DNA from: Gemmatimonadales bacterium
GTDB lineage: Bacteria; Gemmatimonadota; Gemmatimonadetes; Gemmatimonadales; GWC2-71-9
Direction of reading: 5' to 3'
DNA length: 33,293 nucleotides
NCBI GenBank assembly: GCA_035707845.1
Contig: DASSTP010000028.1
Location: 1-33,293, forward strand
Positions 1 through 9,336 of the stretch are shown here, piece after piece. The notes beneath the pieces are model-generated. The model saw nothing but the letters and a program-made list of their open reading frames with translations. It was not told where the DNA came from and ran no database searches. Position 1 is the first letter of the stretch, and every line of letters starts with the position of its first letter. The position numbers were made by a program, and so were the translations under genes.

Positions 1-400
1 GGCGATCGAGCATGGTGGAAAGGCCCAGTAGCGCTGCGGTCTCCCCGACACGGGCCTGTATCTCGCCGCGGGACATGTGACGCAGCCGGAGTGCGAACGC
101 CATGTTCTCCCGCACGGTCATGTGCGGATAAAGGGCGTAGCTCTGGAAGACCATCGCGATGTCGCGGTCTCGGGCTGCAACATCGTTGGCCACCTGGCCA
201 CCGATGCGGAGCGTGCCCCGACTGATCGATTCGAGGCCGGCGATCATGCGCAGCGTCGTGCTCTTCCCGCACCCCGACGGGCCAACGAGCACCAGGAACT
301 CGCCATCGCGGATCTCGAGATCGAGCGCATGAACGGCGACCCGCGGTTTCCCGCGATCGTCATATATTTTCTCCATGCCTTCCAACGTCACGCTCGCCAT
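1..400 (-). CDS. Sugar ABC transporter ATP-binding subunit (MalK/UgpC/MsiK type), N-terminal ~133 codons; continues past the left edge
   Basis: Absent from the ORF track because it is truncated by the window edge. The reverse complement from ATG 400..398 reads [68 protein letters not shown]...[22 protein letters not shown]. Walker [10 protein letters not shown] and the Q-loop region [13 protein letters not shown] are the MalK-family signature. GGAG lies 4 nt upstream of the ATG. Confidence 0.9.
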   Translation of the reverse strand, partial: MASVTLEGMEKIYDDRGKPRVAVHALDLEIRDGEFLVLVGPSGCGKSTTLRMIAGLESISRGTLRIGGQVANDVAARDRDIAMVFQSYALYPHMTVRENMAFALRLRHMSRGEIQARVGETAALLGLSTMLDR

Positions 401-417
401 GTCACTCCGCTGGTCCA

Positions 418-1785
418 ATGACCGCTTCCGCTGAATTTCCCGCCGGATTCCTGTGGGGCACCGCGACCGCGGCCTACCAGATCGAGGGGTCGCCGCTCGC
501 CGATGGTGCCGGTCCCAGCATCTGGCACCGCTTTGCCCATACGCCCGGCCGCACCGCCCGGGGCGAAACAGGCGATGTGGCCTGTGACCACTACCATCGC
601 TGGCGCGACGACGTCCGCCTGATGGCCGAGCTGGGCCTCAATGCCTATCGCTTCAGCCTCTCCTGGAGCCGCCTCCTGCCCGCCGGAACCGGCACGGTGA
701 ACGCCGGCGGGGTTGGCTTCTACGACCGGCTCATCGACGCGCTGCTGGAACACGGCATCACCCCGCTGGTGACGCTCTACCACTGGGACCTGCCCGCCGC
801 CCTCGACGATCGGGGTGGCTGGCTCAACCGCGACATTGCCGCCTGGTTCGCAGACTACGCCGTGATAGCGTTCCGCGCCTACGGTGACCGGGTCCCTCGC
901 TGGGTCACGCTCAACGAGCCGTGGGTCGTCACTGACGGCGGCTACCTCCACGGTGCGCTGGCGCCGGGCCATTCCAACCTGTACGAATCGCCCATCGCGT
1001 CGCACAATCTGCTGCGGGCGCACGGCAGCGCCGTGCAGGCCTACCGGAGCGAAGCCAGCAACGAGATCGGGCTGGTCGTGAACCTCGAGCCCAAGTCGCC
1101 GGCCACCAGCAACCCCGCGGACCAGCAGGCCACCCGGCGCGCCGATGCCTACATGAACCGGCAGTACCTGGACCCGGTCTATGTCGGCCGCTATCCCCAG
1201 GAGCTGGCCGCGATTTTCGGCGATGCCTGGCCCGACTTTCCGTCCGGCGACTTTCCGCTGATCCAGACGCCGACCGATTTCCTCGGCATCAACTATTACA
1301 CCCGTGGCGTGAGCCGGCATGATCCCGCCGCCTGGCCCGTCCATGCCAGCAACGTTCGCCTACCGGGCGCCCTCTACACGGAGACGGGCTGGGAAGTGCA
1401 CCCGGACTCGCTGACCAACGTGCTCACGTGGGTGACCGAACGGTACGGCCGCATGCCCATCTACATCACCGAAAATGGCGCGGCCTTCCCCGATCCACCG
1501 ACGGCCAGCGGAGAAACGCTGGACGACCCGTTGCGCGTGGCGTACTACCGGTCGCACCTCCTCGCCGCGCGCAATGCGATCGAGCGGGGCGTTGACCTGC
1601 GCGGCTACTGCGCGTGGTCCCTGCTCGACAACTTCGAATGGAGTCTCGGCTACTCCAAGCGATTCGGCATCGTGCACGTTGACTATGCCACCCAGAAGCG
1701 CACCCCCAAGGCCAGTGCGCGTTTCTATTCGGAGGTGGCGCGCTCCAACGGCGCCAGCCTCACCGATCCGGCCGCGGCACCGTGA
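418..1785 (+). CDS. GH1 beta-glucosidase (no signal peptide, cytoplasmic)
   Basis: 455-aa ORF with N-terminal [18 protein letters not shown], acid/base TLNEPW and nucleophile YITENGAA motifs of glycoside hydrolase family 1. Confidence 0.95.
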   Translation: MTASAEFPAGFLWGTATAAYQIEGSPLADGAGPSIWHRFAHTPGRTARGETGDVACDHYHRWRDDVRLMAELGLNAYRFSLSWSRLLPAGTGTVNAGGVGFYDRLIDALLEHGITPLVTLYHWDLPAALDDRGGWLNRDIAAWFADYAVIAFRAYGDRVPRWVTLNEPWVVTDGGYLHGALAPGHSNLYESPIASHNLLRAHGSAVQAYRSEASNEIGLVVNLEPKSPATSNPADQQATRRADAYMNRQYLDPVYVGRYPQELAAIFGDAWPDFPSGDFPLIQTPTDFLGINYYTRGVSRHDPAAWPVHASNVRLPGALYTETGWEVHPDSLTNVLTWVTERYGRMPIYITENGAAFPDPPTASGETLDDPLRVAYYRSHLLAARNAIERGVDLRGYCAWSLLDNFEWSLGYSKRFGIVHVDYATQKRTPKASARFYSEVARSNGASLTDPAAAP

Positions 1786-4700
1786 TGCTGACGTCCGCAG
1801 GGGCAGCCGGCAACCTGATTCCACGCGGCGTCACCGGAAGGTCACGGCCTGAGGCGGTCGCCGAGAGCCGCCCCTCCAGCGGCGGCTGGAGATAGAGCGC
1901 CTCGGCGTCCTGCGGCACCGACGTGATATGCACCTGGAGGGTCTCGCCCGCCAGCCGTGCGTCGTACTCGATGGCGCCCGCGGCACTCCACGGAACCCGC
2001 AGGTGCACGCCCTTGCCCTGCAGCCACTCGCGAGGCACCCCCGCCAGCAGCGTCAGCGAATGGTCACCGGATTCATACACAAAGAGATCAAGCACCGAAC
2101 GAGTGAAATCGGATGCGACCCAGGTATGCGGCAGGTCGCCGAGGAATTCGGGCGCGCGCGCATCACGCCGGATCACTTCGGGCCACTGACGCCAGCCGGG
2201 CGGTCGCTGGTCTCCCAGCAGGTCCGCAACCTGGCGTAGTGCGGCCTCGCGCCAACCCAGGCGGACCTTGGTTCCCACCACTCGCGCCTCGTAGGGCGTG
2301 TATGCGGTCCACGCCTTCCCGGCGCGACGATCAGCCAGCACTGAATCGAACTTGCTGAAAGTGCGCTCCACGGCGGCACGCGGCAGCGAATCCAGCAGGT
2401 CCACCGGGTCGCCCGCGATGGTCGTGGAGGTCGCGTCGAAGTCCCCCAGCTCAACGGACCCGGGAATGAAATCCAGGTGATGGACGGCCATCGCCCTGCG
2501 GACCGAAGCCAGGAGATCACGCCTGAAGCTGTCGGCCACTGCCTGCCAGTGTACGGCGTCACTGAGGCCCAGCCGGCGCGCCGCCTCCGCCGCATCGTCA
2601 AAGCCACGCGCGGCCCAGAAATCATCCCAATAAGAATGCTCGGGATGGGCCGAGTACCCCTCGTGACTGATCGACTCGGGCATGAGACCGTAGAACGCGC
2701 CGCCCAGTGAATCGATCCACGCTCCGGTCATTCGGCTATGCCGAAGGGAATCCATGTAGCTCGCGGCCGCCGAGATGTGGGGCCAGAGCGCCCGAAGCAG
2801 GGCCGTGTCGCCAGTTCGCCTGGCATACTCGGTGGCCAGGTAGATGAATTCACCCTGGCTGTCATTCTCGGGCACGGGATCCGCGCCACGATGATCCACG
2901 CAGCAGGGAATCTTGCCGGTCTCGAACTGGAATGGGGCGAACCACTCCAGGAACTCCTTCACCGGCTCCGTGATTCCCAGGCGCAGGAGCGCAGATGAGG
3001 TCAGTGCCGCATCCCGGATCCAGGAGCGGGAGTAGGCGCGCGAGCCCGGCTGGATGGCCGCGCTATCGCGATTCACGAGGATGTAGCCCACCGAGGCCCG
3101 GATGGTCTGCTCCAGCGCGAGAACGGCCGCCGGGCCGTCGAGCTCGAATCCGCGAGTGCGGCTGGCCCATTGCGACACGGCCTGCTGCCAGGATGCCGTG
3201 ACGCCAGCGCTGTCGGGCACTCGGCTCGCGGCATGCCAGGGAACTGCCAGCACCACCGTCCGGGACTCGCCCGCACGGAGCTCCATGCGGTACGCCAGCA
3301 AGCCGCCGGCAAGACCACGTTCATCCACCACGGTTCGCCGACGCGGGACGTGCCGCTCGGCGAGGTAGCGACTGACGTCGCCCGCATCAACCGAGGAGAA
3401 CCCCGCCGAGTCAGGCGTGCGAAGCAGGATCACGCGCGCGGAGTCGGCATGGATGGTGTCGCCGATGATCGAAAGCTCACGCACGTGCCCGATGCCGCCA
3501 GGGCGATTGAGGAACTGGGAGGGTGGATTGACCTGGAGCGGACGGAGGGCGAGGAGCAGCTCGACCGTCTTTGCCCCACTTCCCGGGTTCGTGAGCCGGT
3601 ATTGCAGCATGAGCGTCGAGCTGTCAGCGGTACCGGTGGTCCAGGTACTTGCCTCGAGCTCCACCGGCGCATTGCGCCAGCTCACGATCGGCAGCGGGAG
3701 GTCCGCCTGGGCCAGCGAGTCATGCAGCGCGACGTTGTGCCAGGTGAACAGCGAGTCGCCCACCTGGAGAAACGGCTCGATGGAGAACCCATCATCCACT
3801 TCCACGCGACCACTTTCCTCCACCAGCGCTTCCCTGCTGTCCCGGTCCGCCCCGACCACTGTCCAGAAGCCAAGGGAGCCGGTGAATGAGCGCGGAAAGA
3901 GGCCGGGCCTGGCATCACGCGCCATCTGCTCGATCACCCGGTTCGCATCGGCGCCGGCGGCGATGGGCAGCAGCGTGATTTCCCGAAGCCTGGGCCGGCC
4001 CGGCCCGGGCTCCGCACGCAGGCGGATCCAGCGACTCTCCTGCGCCCCGGTAAGGAGATAGTCCCGCTGGCCATCCGAACCGGCCATGGAATAGATCTCG
4101 TTCCACGTCCTGCCATCGACGGACACGTCCATGGCGTACGACGGCGGCGCGTCGCCGGCCCACGAGATGCGTGCGGCGCCGAAGCCGCGGAGGTGGCCCA
4201 GATCGATCACGACGCTTGTCGACTTGCCTGACAGTAGCCAGGACGTGGCAGTGTCGCCATCCATGGCGCGCGCCGCACCAGGCGACGCCGGCACTGATGT
4301 AACCCGAACAGGGCGGATGGGAAGCGTCGTGTCAACGGGGGGACGGCTGACAAACATGAGACTGTCAAACCACACGCTTCCCTTGCCGCCCTCGCCTGCG
4401 GTCACTGCTATCTCGAGCGCCGCCACGCGGCGCATCGTTCCGCCACCCGCGGGTCCCCAGGCAAAGGAGATATCCCGGTGCGGGATGACGATCTCCCGCC
4501 AGCCCGAATCGAACGCGAAGTTGCGCTGGACCGACCACCAGACGTTGTCGCCGCTCTCGTCGAGCAGCTTGAACTCCACATTGTTCCGGGGCAGCGTGCC
4601 CCGCAGCTTGAACCGGAAGGCGTAATTCTCCGGCAATGCCAACGACAGCGGGCGATGGATGACGGCGTAGCCTGCACCGCCCCGGTAATCGATGTCCGCG

Positions 4701-4858
4701 CGGAGCGTCCCGCCATCCGTCTCGAGCGCGATCCCCACACCATCCGACGCGTACGCGGTCCAGGGCGTGACCTGGTCAAACGCATCCAGGAGGCGCGGCG
4801 ACTGCGCCCGTGCCGAGCTCGCGCCCGCGAGCATCGCGAACGCCAGGGCCCTCCTCAT
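1760..4858 (-). CDS. Secreted multidomain protein: N-terminal carbohydrate-binding-like module, F5/8 type C (discoidin/CBM32-like) domain, and a large C-terminal six-hairpin glycoside-hydrolase-like region; family unassigned
   Basis: 1032-aa ORF with Sec signal MRRALAFAMLAGASSARA/QS. The segment AMDGDTATSWLL...ESRWIRLRAEP fits a discoidin domain. The C-terminal half carries YSRSWIRDAALTSSALLRLG, a W-x-RD motif like FCWLRDAAFTVEALRRLG in the GH15 gene at 19085. An ATGA overlap (4855-4858) joins it to the upstream permease. Confidence applies to the CDS; the product call is weaker. Confidence 0.75.
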   Translation of the reverse strand: MRRALAFAMLAGASSARAQSPRLLDAFDQVTPWTAYASDGVGIALETDGGTLRADIDYRGGAGYAVIHRPLSLALPENYAFRFKLRGTLPRNNVEFKLLDESGDNVWWSVQRNFAFDSGWREIVIPHRDISFAWGPAGGGTMRRVAALEIAVTAGEGGKGSVWFDSLMFVSRPPVDTTLPIRPVRVTSVPASPGAARAMDGDTATSWLLSGKSTSVVIDLGHLRGFGAARISWAGDAPPSYAMDVSVDGRTWNEIYSMAGSDGQRDYLLTGAQESRWIRLRAEPGPGRPRLREITLLPIAAGADANRVIEQMARDARPGLFPRSFTGSLGFWTVVGADRDSREALVEESGRVEVDDGFSIEPFLQVGDSLFTWHNVALHDSLAQADLPLPIVSWRNAPVELEASTWTTGTADSSTLMLQYRLTNPGSGAKTVELLLALRPLQVNPPSQFLNRPGGIGHVRELSIIGDTIHADSARVILLRTPDSAGFSSVDAGDVSRYLAERHVPRRRTVVDERGLAGGLLAYRMELRAGESRTVVLAVPWHAASRVPDSAGVTASWQQAVSQWASRTRGFELDGPAAVLALEQTIRASVGYILVNRDSAAIQPGSRAYSRSWIRDAALTSSALLRLGITEPVKEFLEWFAPFQFETGKIPCCVDHRGADPVPENDSQGEFIYLATEYARRTGDTALLRALWPHISAAASYMDSLRHSRMTGAWIDSLGGAFYGLMPESISHEGYSAHPEHSYWDDFWAARGFDDAAEAARRLGLSDAVHWQAVADSFRRDLLASVRRAMAVHHLDFIPGSVELGDFDATSTTIAGDPVDLLDSLPRAAVERTFSKFDSVLADRRAGKAWTAYTPYEARVVGTKVRLGWREAALRQVADLLGDQRPPGWRQWPEVIRRDARAPEFLGDLPHTWVASDFTRSVLDLFVYESGDHSLTLLAGVPREWLQGKGVHLRVPWSAAGAIEYDARLAGETLQVHITSVPQDAEALYLQPPLEGRLSATASGRDLPVTPRGIRLPAAPADVSITVPRPDR

Positions 4859-5673
4859 CCCTTGACGCTCCCGATCAGGATGCCCTGCAGGTAGTAGCGC
4901 TGGAGGATCAGGAAGAGCACCATCACCGGCAGCACCGTCACCACGGCGCCGGCCATCATCAGCTCGACATCCTGGACGTGCTCGCCGGAGAGGCTGGCGA
5001 GCGCCACCGGAAGGGTGTAGTGACGTTCGTCACTCAGCACGATCAGGGGCCAGAGGAAGTCGTTCCACGTGGCCATGAACGTGAAGATGCCGAGGGTCAC
5101 GAGGATCGGGATGAGGACAGGAAGCACGATCGAGCGGAAGATGCGCCACTCACTGGCGCCGTCGACCCGGGCCGCATCGAGCAGCTCGTCCGGAATGGCG
5201 AGCGCGTACTGGCGGATCAGGAAGATCCCGAATACGCTCGCCAACCCCGGGATGATGACGCCGAGGTAGGTGTTGACCAGCCCCATGCCGCGGAGCATGA
5301 GGAAGAGCGGCAGCATCGTGACCTGGGCAGGAATCACCAGCAGGCCGAGCATCACGCCGAAGAGCCGCTCACGTCCCCGGAACCGCAACTTGGCAAAGGC
5401 GTAGCCCGCCATGCCATTGACCAGGAGCGAGAGCACCGTCACCAGCGTCGCAATCAGGAGGCTGTTGAGGAAGTAGCGACTCATGGCCAGGCGGGCAAAG
5501 AGCAGCCGGTACTGCTCCCACGTGGCTGGATGCGGCAGCAGCCGGGGCGGGAGTGAGGTCGCCTGCCCGGTCTGCATGAAGCTGGCCGATACCATCCAGA
5601 CCAGGGGCCCCAGGGCAAAGACCGCGCCCGTGACCAGCGCGAGATGGAGCAGGATCCGGCGCAGGCGCTGCAC
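4855..5673 (-). CDS. Carbohydrate ABC transporter permease (MalG/UgpE-like)
   Basis: 272-aa hydrophobic ORF with the EAA-type loop DELLDAARVDGASEWRIFRSIVLP. Its GTG start directly follows the stop of the upstream permease (TGAGTG on the minus strand, 5676..5671). Confidence 0.9.
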   Translation of the reverse strand: MQRLRRILLHLALVTGAVFALGPLVWMVSASFMQTGQATSLPPRLLPHPATWEQYRLLFARLAMSRYFLNSLLIATLVTVLSLLVNGMAGYAFAKLRFRGRERLFGVMLGLLVIPAQVTMLPLFLMLRGMGLVNTYLGVIIPGLASVFGIFLIRQYALAIPDELLDAARVDGASEWRIFRSIVLPVLIPILVTLGIFTFMATWNDFLWPLIVLSDERHYTLPVALASLSGEHVQDVELMMAGAVVTVLPVMVLFLILQRYYLQGILIGSVKG

Positions 5674-6558
5674 TCAGTCCTCCTTCGGCCGGAGGCGGAA
5701 CTGGACCAGCGTCGCGACCAGCATGATGGCAAAGAGGATGAATGCGATGGCCGCCGCGTTCCCGATGCGCCACCAGCGGAACCCTTCCTCATACATGAAC
5801 AGCACGACGCTCAGGGTGCTGCGCAGCGGCCCACCCTGGGTCATGACATAGGGCTCGGCGAACAGCTGGAAGTAGCCGATCATGGTCACGATGGCGACGA
5901 ACAGGAAGGTGGGCGCGAGCATCGGCAGCGTGATATGGCGAAAGCGCTGCCACCACGAGGCTCCGTCGAGCTCGGCGGCATCATACAGATCATCCGGGAT
6001 GGCCTGCAGCCCCGCGATGAAGATCAGCATGTTGTAGCCGAAATTCTTCCAGACCGCGAGGATGATGATGGCCGGCATGGCCCAGTCGGGGCTGCCCAGC
6101 CAGTCCACCCGGCCGATCCCGATCCAGTCGAGAAACTGGTCGATCGGGCCAAAGACGGGATGGTAGAGGTAGCGCCACACGATGGCGACGGCGACGAGCG
6201 TCGTGACCACCGGGGCGAAGTACGCACTCCGGAAGAAGCCCTTCCAGCGCGTGAGCCGGCCATTCACCAGCAGCGCGGCAGCCAGCGAGGTGGCCACCGA
6301 GAGCGGCCCGCCCACCAGGACGAAGTAGAATGTGTTCCTGAGCGCCGCCCAGAAGACCGGGCTCTCGAACAGATGGAGGTAGTTGTCGATGCCCACGAAG
6401 CGCGCCACCGACGGATCGGCGACGGCGTAGACATCGAAATCAGTGAGACTCAAGCCGAAGGCGGCAAGCACGGGCAGCACAAAGAAGGCCGCCAGCAGCA
6501 CCACGGCCGGCAGCAGGAACCCCCACGCCGCCCGCGCCTGCCGCCGCTCCACGTTCAT
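5674..6558 (-). CDS. Carbohydrate ABC transporter permease (MalF/UgpA-like)
   Basis: The track ORF is 5674..6570. I prefer ATG 6558 (MNVERRQ...) because it forms ATGA with the binding-protein stop and has GGAGG 5 nt upstream. The EAA loop is DDLYDAAELDGASWWQRFRHITLP. Confidence 0.9.
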   Translation of the reverse strand: MNVERRQARAAWGFLLPAVVLLAAFFVLPVLAAFGLSLTDFDVYAVADPSVARFVGIDNYLHLFESPVFWAALRNTFYFVLVGGPLSVATSLAAALLVNGRLTRWKGFFRSAYFAPVVTTLVAVAIVWRYLYHPVFGPIDQFLDWIGIGRVDWLGSPDWAMPAIIILAVWKNFGYNMLIFIAGLQAIPDDLYDAAELDGASWWQRFRHITLPMLAPTFLFVAIVTMIGYFQLFAEPYVMTQGGPLRSTLSVVLFMYEEGFRWWRIGNAAAIAFILFAIMLVATLVQFRLRPKED

Positions 6559-7841
6559 GGCGCCTCCCACTCCAGCAACTGACCACCACGGTGCTCCAGC
6601 AAAGTACGCCGCTTGGCGAGGATCGCATTCACCTGCGCCTCGAGCGTGGCCAGCGCCTGCTGCTCACTCTGGCCGCCGCGCACGGCCCGCTCGCCTGCCT
6701 CGGTGATGCGGGTGGCGATGAGCTCCCATTCCGCCACCTTGGGCGTCGGCACCACCCGCTCGAGCTGCTGCCGGAAGGCACCCACCTTGGGGTCGGCGCG
6801 CAAGGTGGAGTCCTGCCAGGCCTCTCGCCGGGCCGGGAGGTTGCCGCTCAGGTGGAAGAAGCGCGCCTGCTGGGCCGGTGCTGAGAGAAACCGGATGAGC
6901 TCCCACGCTTCCGCCGGATGGGCGGAACGGCGAAAGAGCACCAGGCTCGAGCCGCCTGCGAGCGACACACCGGGGCCATCCGGCCCCGGCATCGGTGCCG
7001 TGGCCCAGCGGTCCTGCAGCGAGTCGGGCAGCCGCTTCCGGAATTCATCCAGGTTGTAGGGACCGGTGATGTAGCTCGCGATCATGCCACGGGCAAAATC
7101 CTGGTAGAGATTTGCCACTTCGGTGTTGGCCACCTTGGGCGCCAGCGAATCGCGATAGAGGCCGACGTAGAAATGGAATGCGTGAGCAAAGGCGCTGTCG
7201 GTGAACGCGCCGTAGCGCCCGCCATCCTTGAGGATGGGCGAGCCGGCCTGGAGCGCCAGCAGCACGGGCTGGGCCCATTCATTGAGCGGCATCAGCAGCG
7301 GATAGCCGCGTGGCTTCCCGTCACTGTGCAGGCGCTCCATGACCTGGCGCCAGCCGGCCCAGGTCCCGGGCATCTGCTTCGAACCTGTCCGGGCGAGCAG
7401 GTCGGTGCGGTAGAAGATGAGCCGGGTATCGACATACCACGGTATGCCGAAGACCCGGCCCTCGATCACGTTGGTGTCCCAGATCCCAGGAAAGAATCCA
7501 GCCGGCGGGACGTCTGGGCTGGCGCGGAGGAGCGAGTCGAGCGGCGCGATCGCGTGCAGGATCGCCAGCTCGGGTACCCACGTGTTCCCCAGCTGGGCCA
7601 CGTCGGGTGTTGCGTTGCCCACGTACGCCGTGAGGAGCTTTTCGTGCGCGGCGGTCCAGGGAATCTGCTGCAGGTCAACCCGGATGCCCGGATGGGCCCG
7701 CTCGAACTCCCGCACCAGCGGTGCCACGACCTCGGCCTCGTGGCCCATGGCCCAGAAGCGGAGCGTGACGGCAGCGTTGTTCCCTGCGCCACCGCAGGCG
7801 AGCAGCAGGCAAGTTGCTGCGAGGGCGATCGCTCGCATCAC
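6555..7841 (-). CDS. ABC transporter extracellular sugar-binding lipoprotein (solute-binding family 1)
   Basis: 428-aa ORF with lipoprotein signal MMRAIALAATCLLLAC/GG. Overall it resembles sugar/oligosaccharide binding proteins, for example LRFWAMGHEAEVV...FERAHPGIRVDLQQIPW. The start is GTG 7841 (GTGA with the upstream stop) or ATG 7838. Confidence 0.88.
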   Translation of the reverse strand: MMRAIALAATCLLLACGGAGNNAAVTLRFWAMGHEAEVVAPLVREFERAHPGIRVDLQQIPWTAAHEKLLTAYVGNATPDVAQLGNTWVPELAILHAIAPLDSLLRASPDVPPAGFFPGIWDTNVIEGRVFGIPWYVDTRLIFYRTDLLARTGSKQMPGTWAGWRQVMERLHSDGKPRGYPLLMPLNEWAQPVLLALQAGSPILKDGGRYGAFTDSAFAHAFHFYVGLYRDSLAPKVANTEVANLYQDFARGMIASYITGPYNLDEFRKRLPDSLQDRWATAPMPGPDGPGVSLAGGSSLVLFRRSAHPAEAWELIRFLSAPAQQARFFHLSGNLPARREAWQDSTLRADPKVGAFRQQLERVVPTPKVAEWELIATRITEAGERAVRGGQSEQQALATLEAQVNAILAKRRTLLEHRGGQLLEWEAP

Positions 7842-9262
7842 GGGCTGCCGGCCAGCCAGCCGCCCGTGAATCCCGCCCGCTCGAGTCCCCGGCGGATGGC
7901 GGGCTGGCGGCGCATCACCTTCCAGACAAACCCCGATCGCAAGTTCTCGGTCATGAGCAGCGTCGGGCCCACATCGATTCCGATGTAGTCGGTGTCGAAC
8001 CAGCCCACGCCGGGGACAAGTCGCCCCTGCTGCACCGGGGCATCGCCGGGGAACGACTCGTTGTAAGCATCGAGAAAGCCATAGCGCGAGAACAGATTGT
8101 CACCCAGGCGCGAGCGCATCGCCATCAGCGTCGGGACCACCACCTCGGGCGCAAAGGCAATCGAACCCCCAGCCGCATGCGGCGTGATGGTGCCGTCGTC
8201 CCGCACTTCGGTGTGCGACGCGCCACGCGCCGAGTAGGTCTGAAAGCGGCGCGATTCTCCGTTGTACTGCAGCGTGACATCCGCGGGGCCGTCACACGCG
8301 CTCAGGCCCCAGCTCAGGCTGTCGTAGCCCTTCCAGCCCATCGGATTCCGGATGGCGTAGTCGCGCTGGCTCAGGGTGGCCCGGCGCGAATTCTCGAAGT
8401 AATCGAGGCCATGTCCGCGCATGTACGCATCCTGGATGCCCCGGAAGTCAATCCAGACATGGGAATACTGGTGGCCAAAGAGAGGCGCGAATCCCACCTG
8501 GTCCCTGCCCTCGAAGGCGCCCCATTGATAGCTGGCCGTCCAGGCGGGCCATGCCGACGCGTCGATCGGATGGGTGCGCGACCCGAGCGCCAGCACATAG
8601 AGCAGCATTGCCTCGTCGTAGCCCTTCCAGTCATAGGTGTGGAAGCCCTCCTCCGGCGTCCATCCCATGCTCACCAGCGGAGGCCTCGGCTGGATCCAGG
8701 TCCAGTCCACCCGATCGTAGAGTGAATCGGCCAGCGTGCGAATCTCGGTCTCACCCGCGTCGGTGCCGTCAAAGTACTGGCCGCAGAACAGCACGCCGAG
8801 CAGCAGCAGCGAGGTGTCTATGGTGGACAGTTCGACCTGCTCGAAGCGGGTGCCGGTACCGGGATTGAGGAAGTGATAGAAGAAGCCGTGATAGCCGCCC
8901 ATGCCGCTGGGCGCATCGCCCTGGGGCAGGTGCCAGAGGAAGCGCAGCGTCGTCAGGACGCGGTCGCGCGCCTGTGCACGGCTGATCCAGCCATGCTCCA
9001 CCCCCACAGGATACGCCGTGAGCGCAAAGCCGATGGCGGCGATGCTCGAGAACGACTGGGTCGGGGCGCGGTCGGGCGTAAGACCGGTCGCCGGATCGGT
9101 CAGTTCCCAGAAATAGTTGAAGCTTCGGTGGGAGAGGGTGTCGAGAAAGGCGTTCTGGGCGGACGTGAGGCCGCTGCTGCCGGCGTCATCCGTGGTTGGC
9201 GGGGCACCACATGCGAGAACCGCTGTTGCGGCGAGGGCCAGCGCCAGGAATTGACGGGTCAT
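7838..9262 (-). CDS. Lipoprotein of the 'glucoamylase family'/GH144-like fold (putative endo-beta-1,2-glucanase family)
   Basis: The track ORF starts at TTG 9295. I prefer ATG 9262 (MTRQFLALALAATAVLAC/G lipobox) with AGGAG 7 nt upstream. From memory, the motifs GYHGFFYHFLN and RYGFLDAYN...WFDTDYIGIDVGPTLLMTENLRSGFVWKVM match the PF10091/GH144 pattern (GFFYHFL, YGF-DAFN, IDQGP..MIEN). No HMM was run. Confidence 0.65.
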   Translation of the reverse strand: MTRQFLALALAATAVLACGAPPTTDDAGSSGLTSAQNAFLDTLSHRSFNYFWELTDPATGLTPDRAPTQSFSSIAAIGFALTAYPVGVEHGWISRAQARDRVLTTLRFLWHLPQGDAPSGMGGYHGFFYHFLNPGTGTRFEQVELSTIDTSLLLLGVLFCGQYFDGTDAGETEIRTLADSLYDRVDWTWIQPRPPLVSMGWTPEEGFHTYDWKGYDEAMLLYVLALGSRTHPIDASAWPAWTASYQWGAFEGRDQVGFAPLFGHQYSHVWIDFRGIQDAYMRGHGLDYFENSRRATLSQRDYAIRNPMGWKGYDSLSWGLSACDGPADVTLQYNGESRRFQTYSARGASHTEVRDDGTITPHAAGGSIAFAPEVVVPTLMAMRSRLGDNLFSRYGFLDAYNESFPGDAPVQQGRLVPGVGWFDTDYIGIDVGPTLLMTENLRSGFVWKVMRRQPAIRRGLERAGFTGGWLAGSP

Positions 9263-9336
9263 GAACAGTCTCCTGGCGGTAGCCCGCCGCGGCAAGGGCC
9301 GGACGCCGCTGGCAGCGGCGCCCGCCCGGTGAGAGG

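Noticed and set aside
388-1344. 318-aa minus-strand ORF (and similar ORFs at 6918-7988, 13204-14319, 14073-15125, 24632-25594, 25799-26749)
   Set aside because: All are antisense or out-of-frame to genes with diagnostic motifs, which makes them typical high-GC shadow ORFs.
9304-9320. Small hairpin CGCCGC-TGGCA-GCGGCG between the TonB receptor and the GH144-like gene, as an internal terminator
   Set aside because: It has only a 6-bp stem and no U tract, and such GC hairpins arise by chance at this GC content. At most it is a weak attenuator or processing site.
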